This document shows positions 37,069-45,513 of a stretch of DNA of 64,000 nucleotides, piece by piece. The position numbers and the translations under genes are program-made. Below the pieces are notes generated by a model. That model was not told the origin of the DNA, ran no database searches, and saw nothing but the letters and a program-made list of their open reading frames with translations. Each line of letters begins with the position of its first letter. Position 1 is the stretch's first letter. The DNA lies in the sequence record NC_015287.1. One strand, 5' to 3'.

Positions 37069-37863
37069 ATGGCAAGTTATTCATCATACAAAAAGATTAA
37101 TGGAGATCAGTTAGAGGATAATACCCTCAACGCTAGTAGTTTTAGTGGTTCTCCAAACTGTACCTACGGCGTAAAATGGGTATTCGGTATCATGTGTCGT
37201 TGTTCGCCTGGTTGCTGCTGCAACTGGACAGTTCCTTCGGGAGTGGGCAACATGTGGATTCAGGCCTGGGGTGCTGGAGGAAATGGTACTGGTGCATGTT
37301 CATGTAACAGATGTCAACACTATCAATCTGGTGGTGGAGGATACTACAACTCCAAGATGATTCAAACCAACAGTAATTGTTCATATACTGTATGTGCTGC
37401 TGGAGTTTACAGATGTCTCTCTAGAGAATGTTATGGTTGCGTAGGTTGTTCATCCTATGTAAATGGACATAACTTATCAAACTTCTGCGCTATTGGTGGA
37501 TGTAGAGGTAATGCCAACCCAAGTTGGAGTACTTCTTGTAACTCTCTGAATACATGTTGTAGACAGCCTGGAAACAACGGAGGAGACTTCGGAATTGGTA
37601 ACCACGGTTCTATCTGGTCTGCATCTAGACACGATACTTACAGAGGTTGGTGTCACTGTTACCACTACGGTCAGAGACCTACTTCTGCACCGTTGATTGG
37701 TACACAAGTTACTCAGTCTATTAGAGAATGTTGGATTCGTTGTGGTTGCTGGATCGTACCTTATGGTCACGGTGGACAGAGTGCTATGACTACATATTGT
37801 GGTAGATGTTGCGGTCAGGGTGGTACTGGCGGTGGCGGACTCGTCAAAATTACATACTTCTAA
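37069..37863 (+). CDS. Cys/Gly-rich fibre-tip/adhesin-like protein, paralog 2
   Basis: Aligns end to end with its neighbours; 28 Cys in 264 aa (hand count). Confidence 0.8.
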   Translation: MASYSSYKKINGDQLEDNTLNASSFSGSPNCTYGVKWVFGIMCRCSPGCCCNWTVPSGVGNMWIQAWGAGGNGTGACSCNRCQHYQSGGGGYYNSKMIQTNSNCSYTVCAAGVYRCLSRECYGCVGCSSYVNGHNLSNFCAIGGCRGNANPSWSTSCNSLNTCCRQPGNNGGDFGIGNHGSIWSASRHDTYRGWCHCYHYGQRPTSAPLIGTQVTQSIRECWIRCGCWIVPYGHGGQSAMTTYCGRCCGQGGTGGGGLVKITYF

Positions 37864-37873
37864 GGGAAAGTAA

Positions 37874-38662
37874 ATGGCTTCTTATTCAAGTTATAAAAAA
37901 GTCTCAAATGACAGAATCATTGATGCTTCGATCACTTCATCGAAGGTTCAAGCTGGTTCATTCTCAAACTGGTGTGTAAAATGGGTCTATGGTCATCCAT
38001 GTTACTGTACACCTGGCTGCTGTTGCAACTGGACTGTTCCTACTGGAGTGACAAGAATCACTTGGGAAATCTGGGGTGCTGGTGGTAACGGACACGGTGC
38101 ATGTTCATGTAACAGATGTCAAAACTGGCACGGTGCTGGTGGTGGATACTATAATACAAGAACTATCTCCACTACTGCTGGATGTCAATATACTGTATGT
38201 GCTGCTGGTGTTTACAGATGTTGTTCTAGAGAGTGTACAGGGTGTTGCGGATGTAACTCCTATGTAAATGGATATAACCTCTCTAACTTCTGTGCCTTAG
38301 GTGGTGTCAGAGGTTGTGCAACTGGTGACTGGTCATCAAACTGTTATTCACAGTTCCATACTTGTTGTATGCAACCTGGCGCCCACGGTGGAGAGTTTGG
38401 AATGGGTAACCACGGTGGTAACTCATACAGACCTGACGGATTCAACTGTCACTGTTTCTATAACGAAGGATTACCAACAGGTGCTCCATTCATCGGAACT
38501 CTTGGTGTTTCTTACGGACAAAGACAGTGTTGGATGCGTTGCGGTTGCTGGACAGTTCCCTATGGACACGGAGGACAAGGTGCGAACAGTAACTACTGTG
38601 GAAGATGCTGTGGACAAGGCGGACAAGGTGGATCAGGACTCGTTAAAATCACCTACGTCTAA
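37874..38662 (+). CDS. Cys/Gly-rich fibre-tip/adhesin-like protein, paralog 3
   Basis: Aligns end to end with its neighbours; 30 Cys in 262 aa (hand count). Confidence 0.8.
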   Translation: MASYSSYKKVSNDRIIDASITSSKVQAGSFSNWCVKWVYGHPCYCTPGCCCNWTVPTGVTRITWEIWGAGGNGHGACSCNRCQNWHGAGGGYYNTRTISTTAGCQYTVCAAGVYRCCSRECTGCCGCNSYVNGYNLSNFCALGGVRGCATGDWSSNCYSQFHTCCMQPGAHGGEFGMGNHGGNSYRPDGFNCHCFYNEGLPTGAPFIGTLGVSYGQRQCWMRCGCWTVPYGHGGQGANSNYCGRCCGQGGQGGSGLVKITYV

Positions 38663-38742
38663 GATTCTTTGCAGACATTGTAAGAGAACTGCTACAAATA
38701 AAATACGTTGTTTAGGGATGTGCGTTGCAGATTCCGACTACT

Positions 38743-38768
38743 AGGGGGTTTATAACCCTCTTTTTTTT
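38743..38768 (+). terminator. Rho-independent terminator
   Basis: AGGGGGTT-TAT-AACCCTCT stem followed by a T run. Confidence 0.7.
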
Positions 38769-38775
38769 ATAAATA
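38768..38775 (+). promoter_or_regulatory. Late promoter TATAAATA
   Basis: Exact consensus overlapping the end of the terminator T-tract. Confidence 0.8.
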
Positions 38776-38807
38776 GTCCCGAAGGAGTAAACCCGAAGAA
38801 ATCCAAA

Positions 38808-39611
38808 ATGGCAACAAAGATTATCGAACATCAGTGGAAGTTAAATCTTCCCAATGCTTTCCTTACAGACCACTCTATGTCTGATGGAAACCAAAGAGAC
38901 CAAACTTATGATGGTCCCGACAAAATTTATCTGCAAATTAATGCAGAAGGAAAAGAGGTATATGGACCTCTCACAGAAGATGACATCGCAGATGGTCGTC
39001 CAAAACCCCTAGATGTTGTACAGTGGTATGAAGTGGACTGTGCTAGATCTGATTTACACACTCTTATCTGTCAGTTAAGAGGACCTGTTGTCAATGAGAA
39101 AGAAGAAGATAGAGGTGCTGGTACAGATACAAACCATCCTGGCTCTCCAGAGGTGGATGGAACTATCTATCCTCAATTTACATATTCTTCAACTATCTTC
39201 CCTGATGACATCTATAACTGGGATACTATCAGAGTTGCAAATCCTGGCACTGCTGGACCTGATGACATCACTATCGGTACATTCACACCTAGAGAAAAGT
39301 TAAACGGTGTTGATGAGGACAAGACATGGGATCATGTTAGAAAACATAGAGACAGTGTTCTTGCTAATACTGATGGTCAGATTGCAGAAGACATGCCTGA
39401 TGCACTTAAGCAACAGTGGAAAGATTATCGTCAGTCATTAAGAGATCTTCCTAATAAGATGATCGCTGCTGGAGTTCATCCTAACTTCGCTGACTTGATG
39501 TTCCCCTTTGAGCCTGGATTCCAAGATCCTCCTCATCAAGGAGACCCTGATGCAGAAAGTGGACAAGCATGGGAACCCCCCATCTTCTATGTAAGAAACT
39601 TTTATATATAA
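38808..39611 (+). CDS. Tail fibre assembly chaperone-like protein
   Basis: C-terminal WDHVRKHRDSVLANTD...QQWKDYRQSLRDLP is the phage tail assembly chaperone motif (W..vR..RD.lL..tD...W..YRQ.LRDlP). Confidence 0.75.
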   Translation: MATKIIEHQWKLNLPNAFLTDHSMSDGNQRDQTYDGPDKIYLQINAEGKEVYGPLTEDDIADGRPKPLDVVQWYEVDCARSDLHTLICQLRGPVVNEKEEDRGAGTDTNHPGSPEVDGTIYPQFTYSSTIFPDDIYNWDTIRVANPGTAGPDDITIGTFTPREKLNGVDEDKTWDHVRKHRDSVLANTDGQIAEDMPDALKQQWKDYRQSLRDLPNKMIAAGVHPNFADLMFPFEPGFQDPPHQGDPDAESGQAWEPPIFYVRNFYI

Positions 39612-39622
39612 AATAATTCATC

Positions 39623-39652
39623 AAGATCCTCCTAATAAGAGGATCTTTTTTA
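39623..39652 (+). terminator. Rho-independent terminator
   Basis: Perfect 9-bp inverted repeat AAGATCCTC-CTAATAA-GAGGATCTT followed by T's. Confidence 0.8.
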
Positions 39653-39656
39653 TTAC

Positions 39657-40316
39657 ATGTTTGAAGTAAATCCTGTCGAAATTACCGAAATAAAAAGATG
39701 TTACGACTACGATAGAATGAGTGACATTGGATATAAATGGAGGAAAGTATTTGTTATAGATGACTTCTACAAGAATCCAGATGAAGTTAGAGACTACGCT
39801 TTGTCATGTGAAAGGACAAATGACAAAGAACATTGTGGCGGTCTCATAGGAACAAGAGTTGTTGAAGATAGACCAGACATGGTTGATAATTTGAAACCAG
39901 TTTTCAAAGAACTCTGCCAACATCCAGAGTGGACAAATCTACAATTTAGTGAGGGAATGTTTGACTACAGATGGGACAGTCAAAAGTTCTGGGTCAATCA
40001 TACAACCAATGAAGATATAAATGAAAGATTTACTAAGACTGTTTATTGTTTTACCCACCATAGAGATAGAGATTCTAGTTGGGCTGCTCTGGTTTATCTG
40101 AACAAAGATGAGGAATGTGACGGTGGAACAGATTTTTACAAATACAGAGAAGACCATGCTTATGGGGATTACGACATAAGAAAAGACATAACCTTTACAT
40201 GTCCAATGAAATATAATAGAATGGTAATGTATGAAGCAAGTTGCACTCATGGTGCGACCTTAAATCGCACAATGTTTAAAGAATATCCTCGTCTGGCACA
40301 GGTATTTTTTATGTGA
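39657..40316 (+). CDS. DUF6445-like / 2OG-Fe(II) oxygenase-fold protein
   Basis: IDDFYKNPDEVR, HRD, WAALVYLN, GGTDFY, MKYNRMVMY...HG...RLAQVFF. Confidence 0.7.
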   Translation: MFEVNPVEITEIKRCYDYDRMSDIGYKWRKVFVIDDFYKNPDEVRDYALSCERTNDKEHCGGLIGTRVVEDRPDMVDNLKPVFKELCQHPEWTNLQFSEGMFDYRWDSQKFWVNHTTNEDINERFTKTVYCFTHHRDRDSSWAALVYLNKDEECDGGTDFYKYREDHAYGDYDIRKDITFTCPMKYNRMVMYEASCTHGATLNRTMFKEYPRLAQVFFM

Positions 40317-40334
40317 CTATATACTATAGGAATT

Positions 40335-41582
40335 ATGAGAACTATGAGATCAAAAGCATTCTTCGTCAATGGTGGGGCAGGGAGAGTAATAAGTTCAATA
40401 CCAGCATTTGAAAAATATGCAGAAACCCATGATGATTTTGTCATCGTGTGTGAAGGAGGTACTGATTTCTTCAAAGGACATCCTACATTAGACGATAAGG
40501 TCTACGACCACTGGCATAAAAGAGTATTCCAAGAACATATTAAACACAGGGATTGCGAGAGTCCAGAACCATACAGAGTATGGCATTACTACAATCAAAA
40601 GTGCAATCTAGCACAAGCATACGATATGGAAATCAATGGGTTAGAAGAACCCAGAGAACTTCCTAAGCCAACAATTCATCTCAATAAGTCAGAGGTTATT
40701 GCTGCTTATAATGTTGTTGAAGAAATTAAATCTGTTACTAAGAAAGATAAAGTAATTGTAGTTCAACCATTTGGTAGATCTGTTGAACAGATGGGAGAGT
40801 TTATTGCAGATCCAACTTCTAGAAGTATGTCTCTCACAGGAGTTGTAGATATCATCAACGCTCTTAAGAAAGATTATGCAGTGGTTGTGATGAGTGAACT
40901 TCATTTCCCAGTTGAAGAGAATGAAGAAAAATATCCTATTGCTAGACCTCAAATTTCTGACATGAGAGTTTGGGCTGGTGTGATTGAGATTGCTGATCAC
41001 TTCTTAGGATGTGACAGTATGGGTCAACACATTGCAAGAGCATTTGATAAGACTGCAACTGTTGTAATTGGATCTACATACCCAGAGAACATTAGTTATC
41101 CAGGCCATAAGGACTTTGATATTATTGATGTGGGAGATGGTCGTAGAGAGTATGCTCCTATTAGAATCGCAATGGATGAAAGAGTAGATCGTTTCAATGA
41201 TGAAGCGATGGAACTAAGTAAAAAACAGATTGATGAAGTCGTTGCATCTTGTAGAAAAAGATTAGGTAAACCAAAAGCATATACTGGTACTTTTGTTCCT
41301 CCACAACAACAGCAGGGACAATCTTGTTCACCAAGTCAACCTCAACAACCAGCTATTGCATCACCAGTGCAATCACAGTTGAATAATTTACCTACTTCAA
41401 ATTGGACTCCTTCTGCGACACAAACAACTAATCCTATGATGAGTGGTGCTCCTAAACCTACCTTTACTATGGAACCACCAAAACCAAAAAAACCAAAGAA
41501 CAAGAAAGGTTTCCAATCTGAAATTAAAAATCTGTTAAAATCCGATAAAGATAACGCAATTACTATAGAAAAGAAGAATTGA
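40335..41582 (+). CDS. Glycosyltransferase, GT9 (heptosyltransferase)-like, with Gln/Pro-rich C-terminal tail
   Basis: VIVVQPFG and DHFLGCDSMGQHIARAFDKTATVVIGST resemble the GT9 DSG..H.A.A...P.V..fG.T signature. The start may be 40344. Confidence 0.6.
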   Translation: MRTMRSKAFFVNGGAGRVISSIPAFEKYAETHDDFVIVCEGGTDFFKGHPTLDDKVYDHWHKRVFQEHIKHRDCESPEPYRVWHYYNQKCNLAQAYDMEINGLEEPRELPKPTIHLNKSEVIAAYNVVEEIKSVTKKDKVIVVQPFGRSVEQMGEFIADPTSRSMSLTGVVDIINALKKDYAVVVMSELHFPVEENEEKYPIARPQISDMRVWAGVIEIADHFLGCDSMGQHIARAFDKTATVVIGSTYPENISYPGHKDFDIIDVGDGRREYAPIRIAMDERVDRFNDEAMELSKKQIDEVVASCRKRLGKPKAYTGTFVPPQQQQGQSCSPSQPQQPAIASPVQSQLNNLPTSNWTPSATQTTNPMMSGAPKPTFTMEPPKPKKPKNKKGFQSEIKNLLKSDKDNAITIEKKN

Positions 41583-41586
41583 GATT

Positions 41587-43389
41587 ATGACACAATGGAT
41601 TGCTGCAATCGCTAGAGGTCACAACTCTGGTGTATGCCTACTGAAAGATGGACAATTAGTTTTCTCTATTGAAGAAGAGAGACTATCAAGAAAAAAATAT
41701 GATGGAGGTCCTATGGCTTCCATGATTAAGATATTGGATTATACCGATACACTTGATTATCTTGTAGTTGCACATACACAACCTCTGGATGAGGCTGGAA
41801 GAAATGACTTTACAGGAGAACCTATCTACGTTGCTCTTGCAAGAAAACTGGGTCTTATTGATCGTAAAGCAGATGTCTATAAACATCCTCAAGTTGTAGA
41901 TTACAGTCATATCCATCATAAACTTCACTCCGCTTGTGCTTTCTATAGGTCTGGATTTGAGTCTGCCGTATCTGTCATTGTAGACGGTGCAGGGACATTT
42001 ATTCCAATGCAGATTGATGGTGAACAGGAGATGACATGGGAATTAGAAACCATTGTCAACTGTGCATATCCTGATAAATTTAAAACTCTATACAAACATC
42101 AAGGAGGTAGAGGTCCTTGGGGTGCTGCAAAAATAGACAATTTCCCATCTGAGAGGGAAGATGAAGAAGGTACTCATGAATTACTTTTAGATGACTCTGC
42201 TGGAATTGTTAAGGCATACGAAGCAGTAACACAATATTGTGGATGGGCTCCGATTGAGGCTGGTAAAACTATGGGACTTTTCCCATACGGAAAACCTAAT
42301 AATGAAATTCCAGACATTTATACAAACTATGATGGTAGGAGCGATTGGGTTACTACCAATAGAGATCTCATTGTACCTACTTATCCTAATGGTGCAATCG
42401 TAAACAAAGGTAGATTCTTGGAACTAAGAGAACCTCAAGATCCAAGTACAGTAAAAGACATTACAAAGTTAGATAATCGCAGAGACATGGCACATGCGAT
42501 TCAAACTGAATCTCAATCTATGGTATTAGATTTGATTCGCAAGGCAGTTAAGATGAGTGGAGAGAAGAATGTTGTTCTCTCTGGTGGATATGGATTAAAC
42601 TGTGTTGCAAACTATTGGTATCTCGAACAGTTAAAAGATGAGGGTATCAATTTATTTGTAGAACCAGTAAGTAATGATGCTGGAACTGCAATCGGTGCTG
42701 CATATTGGCATTATCATAAAGTAACAAAGGACAAGGAGGTTAAACCAATGATTACCGATCTATATTATGGACCTAAGTATGAATACGATACTGAATACAT
42801 TACAGACCTTGCTAATTATTACAATGCGACTAGAATCTTTGAGGCTACACATGAAGATGCAGTTGATCTAATTACTAAGAAGAATATTGTTGCAATGTTC
42901 CAAGGTAAATCGGAGGCTGGTCCTAGGGCATTGGGTAATAGATCTATCATGTATGATCCCAGAGATCCAAAAGGAAAGGATCATGTCAATACTATCAAAC
43001 GTCGTGAATACTTCAGACCTTTTGCTGGTTCTATTCTCAAAGAACATGTTCACGAATGGTTCGATCTTCGTGGTATGGATGAAACTCCATTCATGATGTA
43101 CGCTGTTAGGTGTCAGGAAGGAATCAAAGAAAAGATTCCAGCAATCATCCATGTTGATGATACATGTAGAATTCAAACAGTTACAGAAGAAGTCAATCCT
43201 CATTACTATAATTTAATCAAAACTTTCTACGATAAGACAGGATGCCCTATCATCTTTAATACATCCTTCAACCTAGGCGGAGAACCTCTTGTAGAGACCC
43301 TAGACGACGCTCTGAGGACTCTTGCAAACAGTTTGATAGAATACCTCTATCTGCCTGAATATGGTCTTATGATCGAAGTAAAGAACTGA
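41587..43389 (+). CDS. Carbamoyltransferase, NodU/CmcH/TobZ family, full length
   Basis: EEERLSRKK, HHKLHS, GKTMGLFPYG, SGGYGLNCVAN, NDAGTAIG, EAGPRALGNRS, KRREYFRPFA, NTSFNLGGEPLV. Confidence 0.9.
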   Translation: MTQWIAAIARGHNSGVCLLKDGQLVFSIEEERLSRKKYDGGPMASMIKILDYTDTLDYLVVAHTQPLDEAGRNDFTGEPIYVALARKLGLIDRKADVYKHPQVVDYSHIHHKLHSACAFYRSGFESAVSVIVDGAGTFIPMQIDGEQEMTWELETIVNCAYPDKFKTLYKHQGGRGPWGAAKIDNFPSEREDEEGTHELLLDDSAGIVKAYEAVTQYCGWAPIEAGKTMGLFPYGKPNNEIPDIYTNYDGRSDWVTTNRDLIVPTYPNGAIVNKGRFLELREPQDPSTVKDITKLDNRRDMAHAIQTESQSMVLDLIRKAVKMSGEKNVVLSGGYGLNCVANYWYLEQLKDEGINLFVEPVSNDAGTAIGAAYWHYHKVTKDKEVKPMITDLYYGPKYEYDTEYITDLANYYNATRIFEATHEDAVDLITKKNIVAMFQGKSEAGPRALGNRSIMYDPRDPKGKDHVNTIKRREYFRPFAGSILKEHVHEWFDLRGMDETPFMMYAVRCQEGIKEKIPAIIHVDDTCRIQTVTEEVNPHYYNLIKTFYDKTGCPIIFNTSFNLGGEPLVETLDDALRTLANSLIEYLYLPEYGLMIEVKN

Positions 43390-43856
43390 TGAGAGAAATT
43401 AAAGAATACGAGTATCCATTTCAAAAAGATAATACTGAATTGGAGGTAGAGATTCTTAATGCTACTGCTCCTGTACCTGATAGTTATCTTGAAAGATCGG
43501 AACATTGTCACATAGCACAATGGTATAGTTATCCACAAAAAATAAGAAAATTTATAGAGTGGATAGAAGAAACTACAGACGCTAAGGTAAAAGATTTATG
43601 GGGAGTTTGGTATCGTGATGATGGTGGTCTCAAGTGGCACACACATAAAGGAGATTTTAGATATTCATTTGTTTACTACATAAAGGTTCCAGAGGGTAGT
43701 TCATCAATATATTTTAGCGAAGATCCAGAAACAACTGAACCAACTTTTTTTCATCCAAATCAAGGAATTTGTGTGGTATGGGATAGTGATTTTCCTCATT
43801 CTGTACCTCCTGGCAAACATAAAGGTAGATGCGTATTATCAGGTAATTTAAAATGA
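43389..43856 (+). CDS. Putative 2OG-Fe(II) oxygenase / cupin-fold protein
   Basis: WHTH...SFVYYI...PHSV...RCVLSGN pattern; TGATG coupling to the upstream gene. Confidence 0.6.
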   Translation: MREIKEYEYPFQKDNTELEVEILNATAPVPDSYLERSEHCHIAQWYSYPQKIRKFIEWIEETTDAKVKDLWGVWYRDDGGLKWHTHKGDFRYSFVYYIKVPEGSSSIYFSEDPETTEPTFFHPNQGICVVWDSDFPHSVPPGKHKGRCVLSGNLK

Positions 43857-44962
43857 ATAAAGCCGTTGGAATAATGATATCTCATGATGCTTCCATTTGT
43901 ATAGTGGAAGACGGAGAGATAAAAAGCATTATGCAAGAAGAAAGATGCAGTCGTGCAAAACATGATGTCTATCCATCAAAAGCATATCAAACACTGTTCG
44001 GAGATAATTTTCCTTCATCAGAATTATTGAACATTGAATTTGGATTCACTGGTATTAAGTATTGGCCTGTAAATGACTTGGCACAAGACTTTCATCTATC
44101 GTTTGAGCAAGAGGTATATTCTTTTATAAGTTTTGTTATTAATAAATGTTCTGATCTCCATACGAAGAAGATAAAGATGGAGGAGAAAGATACAGCAGCA
44201 TGGAATACTAAATGGCACGGTACTAGATATGATGAACATCATACATTTCATGCTTTTTCTGGATTTTATAATTCGGGATTTAAAGATGCAGCAGTTTTAG
44301 TTGTTGATGGTATGGGTAATCCGTCAACAATAGATTCTGAAAATCATGAAGTAGCAAGTATTTACACAGTAGAATATCCAGCTAAAATTGTATGCCATTC
44401 AAAGCAAGAGACACCAAAACATCATGCAGACTCAATGAAGGAAAGACATTCTCATACAAAATGGCCTATGGGAATTGGTATGGTGTACTCTTCTATTGCT
44501 GCTTATTGTGGATTTGGCCAGTTGGGATCTGGTAAAATAATGGGTCTAGCATCGTATGGTAAAGAAGATCCTAATATAAAACCTTTTGTTTTTGATAACT
44601 ATGAAATTAATTCTAGACTCTTCTATAGAACACATGATGGTTGTATTTTTATAGATTATGACTATCTACCAAGAGATTGGGACTACAGAAATTGGAATGA
44701 AGATGTTCAGAAAATCGCTAATTTATGCTGGAGATTACAAAAAGATTTTGAAAGGTGGATGACTAAAGCAATATTAGATACTTTGGAAATAACAGGAAAG
44801 AAAAATATTGTTTTGAGTGGTGGTTGTGCTATGAATTGTGTGGCAAATTATGAATACTTAAAACACCTACCCGAAGGTGTTAAACTATTTGTAGATCCTT
44901 TATGTGAAGATGCAGGCATCTCTGTTGGATTAGCTCAATTTTTATACTGGTCTAATCAATGA
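43853..44962 (+). CDS. Carbamoyltransferase N-terminal (Kae1-like) domain only
   Basis: HDASIC, QEERCSRAKH, EHHTFHA, KIMGLASYG, LSGGCAMNCVAN, EDAGISVG; ends without the C-terminal domain. Confidence 0.85.
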   Translation: MNKAVGIMISHDASICIVEDGEIKSIMQEERCSRAKHDVYPSKAYQTLFGDNFPSSELLNIEFGFTGIKYWPVNDLAQDFHLSFEQEVYSFISFVINKCSDLHTKKIKMEEKDTAAWNTKWHGTRYDEHHTFHAFSGFYNSGFKDAAVLVVDGMGNPSTIDSENHEVASIYTVEYPAKIVCHSKQETPKHHADSMKERHSHTKWPMGIGMVYSSIAAYCGFGQLGSGKIMGLASYGKEDPNIKPFVFDNYEINSRLFYRTHDGCIFIDYDYLPRDWDYRNWNEDVQKIANLCWRLQKDFERWMTKAILDTLEITGKKNIVLSGGCAMNCVANYEYLKHLPEGVKLFVDPLCEDAGISVGLAQFLYWSNQ

Positions 44963-45513
44963 AATTTGAAGTTTACGATGATTTTATATCACCAACATAT
45001 CAAAATATATTAGAGAGTTTGCTCTCTGATTATAATACTAGGTGGTCATATCAACCACACATGGATTATGGTGAACGTGGAGCTCCACAATTTTTAATTG
45101 GCATATTAGATAATGGAAATGTAGGAGATCAAATGTTGCACTTTGCTCTTCTGGGTTTGGTTAGTAAGATCATAGATGAACAATTACCTAACTGTATTAA
45201 TACTAGAATAAGAGCAATACTACAGACTCCTCTAGTTGATCCACCAAAGCATTATATTCCCCATACTGATGACAGAGGATCTGAATTTTGGAGTGCTATT
45301 TACTATGTAAATGATGCTACAGGTGACACATATCTGTTTGATCAAAAGACAGATGATGTTGATAATCCAATAGATTGGAGGTGGAATCATAGTGATTCTG
45401 TATCTCCCAAAAAAGGAAGATTAATCATATTTCCCTCTCAACATTTTCATGCTGGTTCTTCACCTAAATCAGACAGAAGAATGTTACTCAACTTTAATTT
45501 TGCCAAAAGATGA
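44959..45513 (+). CDS. 2OG-Fe(II) oxygenase-like protein
   Basis: PHTD...SAIYYVND..GDT...PKKGRLIIF...HAGSSP...RMLLNFN. Confidence 0.75.
   Translation: MKFEVYDDFISPTYQNILESLLSDYNTRWSYQPHMDYGERGAPQFLIGILDNGNVGDQMLHFALLGLVSKIIDEQLPNCINTRIRAILQTPLVDPPKHYIPHTDDRGSEFWSAIYYVNDATGDTYLFDQKTDDVDNPIDWRWNHSDSVSPKKGRLIIFPSQHFHAGSSPKSDRRMLLNFNFAKR

Noticed and set aside
30881-38662. Possible diversity-generating retroelement (Mtd-like N-terminus, paralogous tip genes)
   Set aside because: No reverse transcriptase and no template/variable repeat pair differing only at adenines in the window.
38301-38744. 147-aa +1-frame ORF running out of Cys-rich paralog 3 into the intergenic region
   Set aside because: The host protein is poor in Leu/Ile/Val/Met, so +1 stops are naturally rare; the frame is broken upstream and the ORF ends at the terminator.
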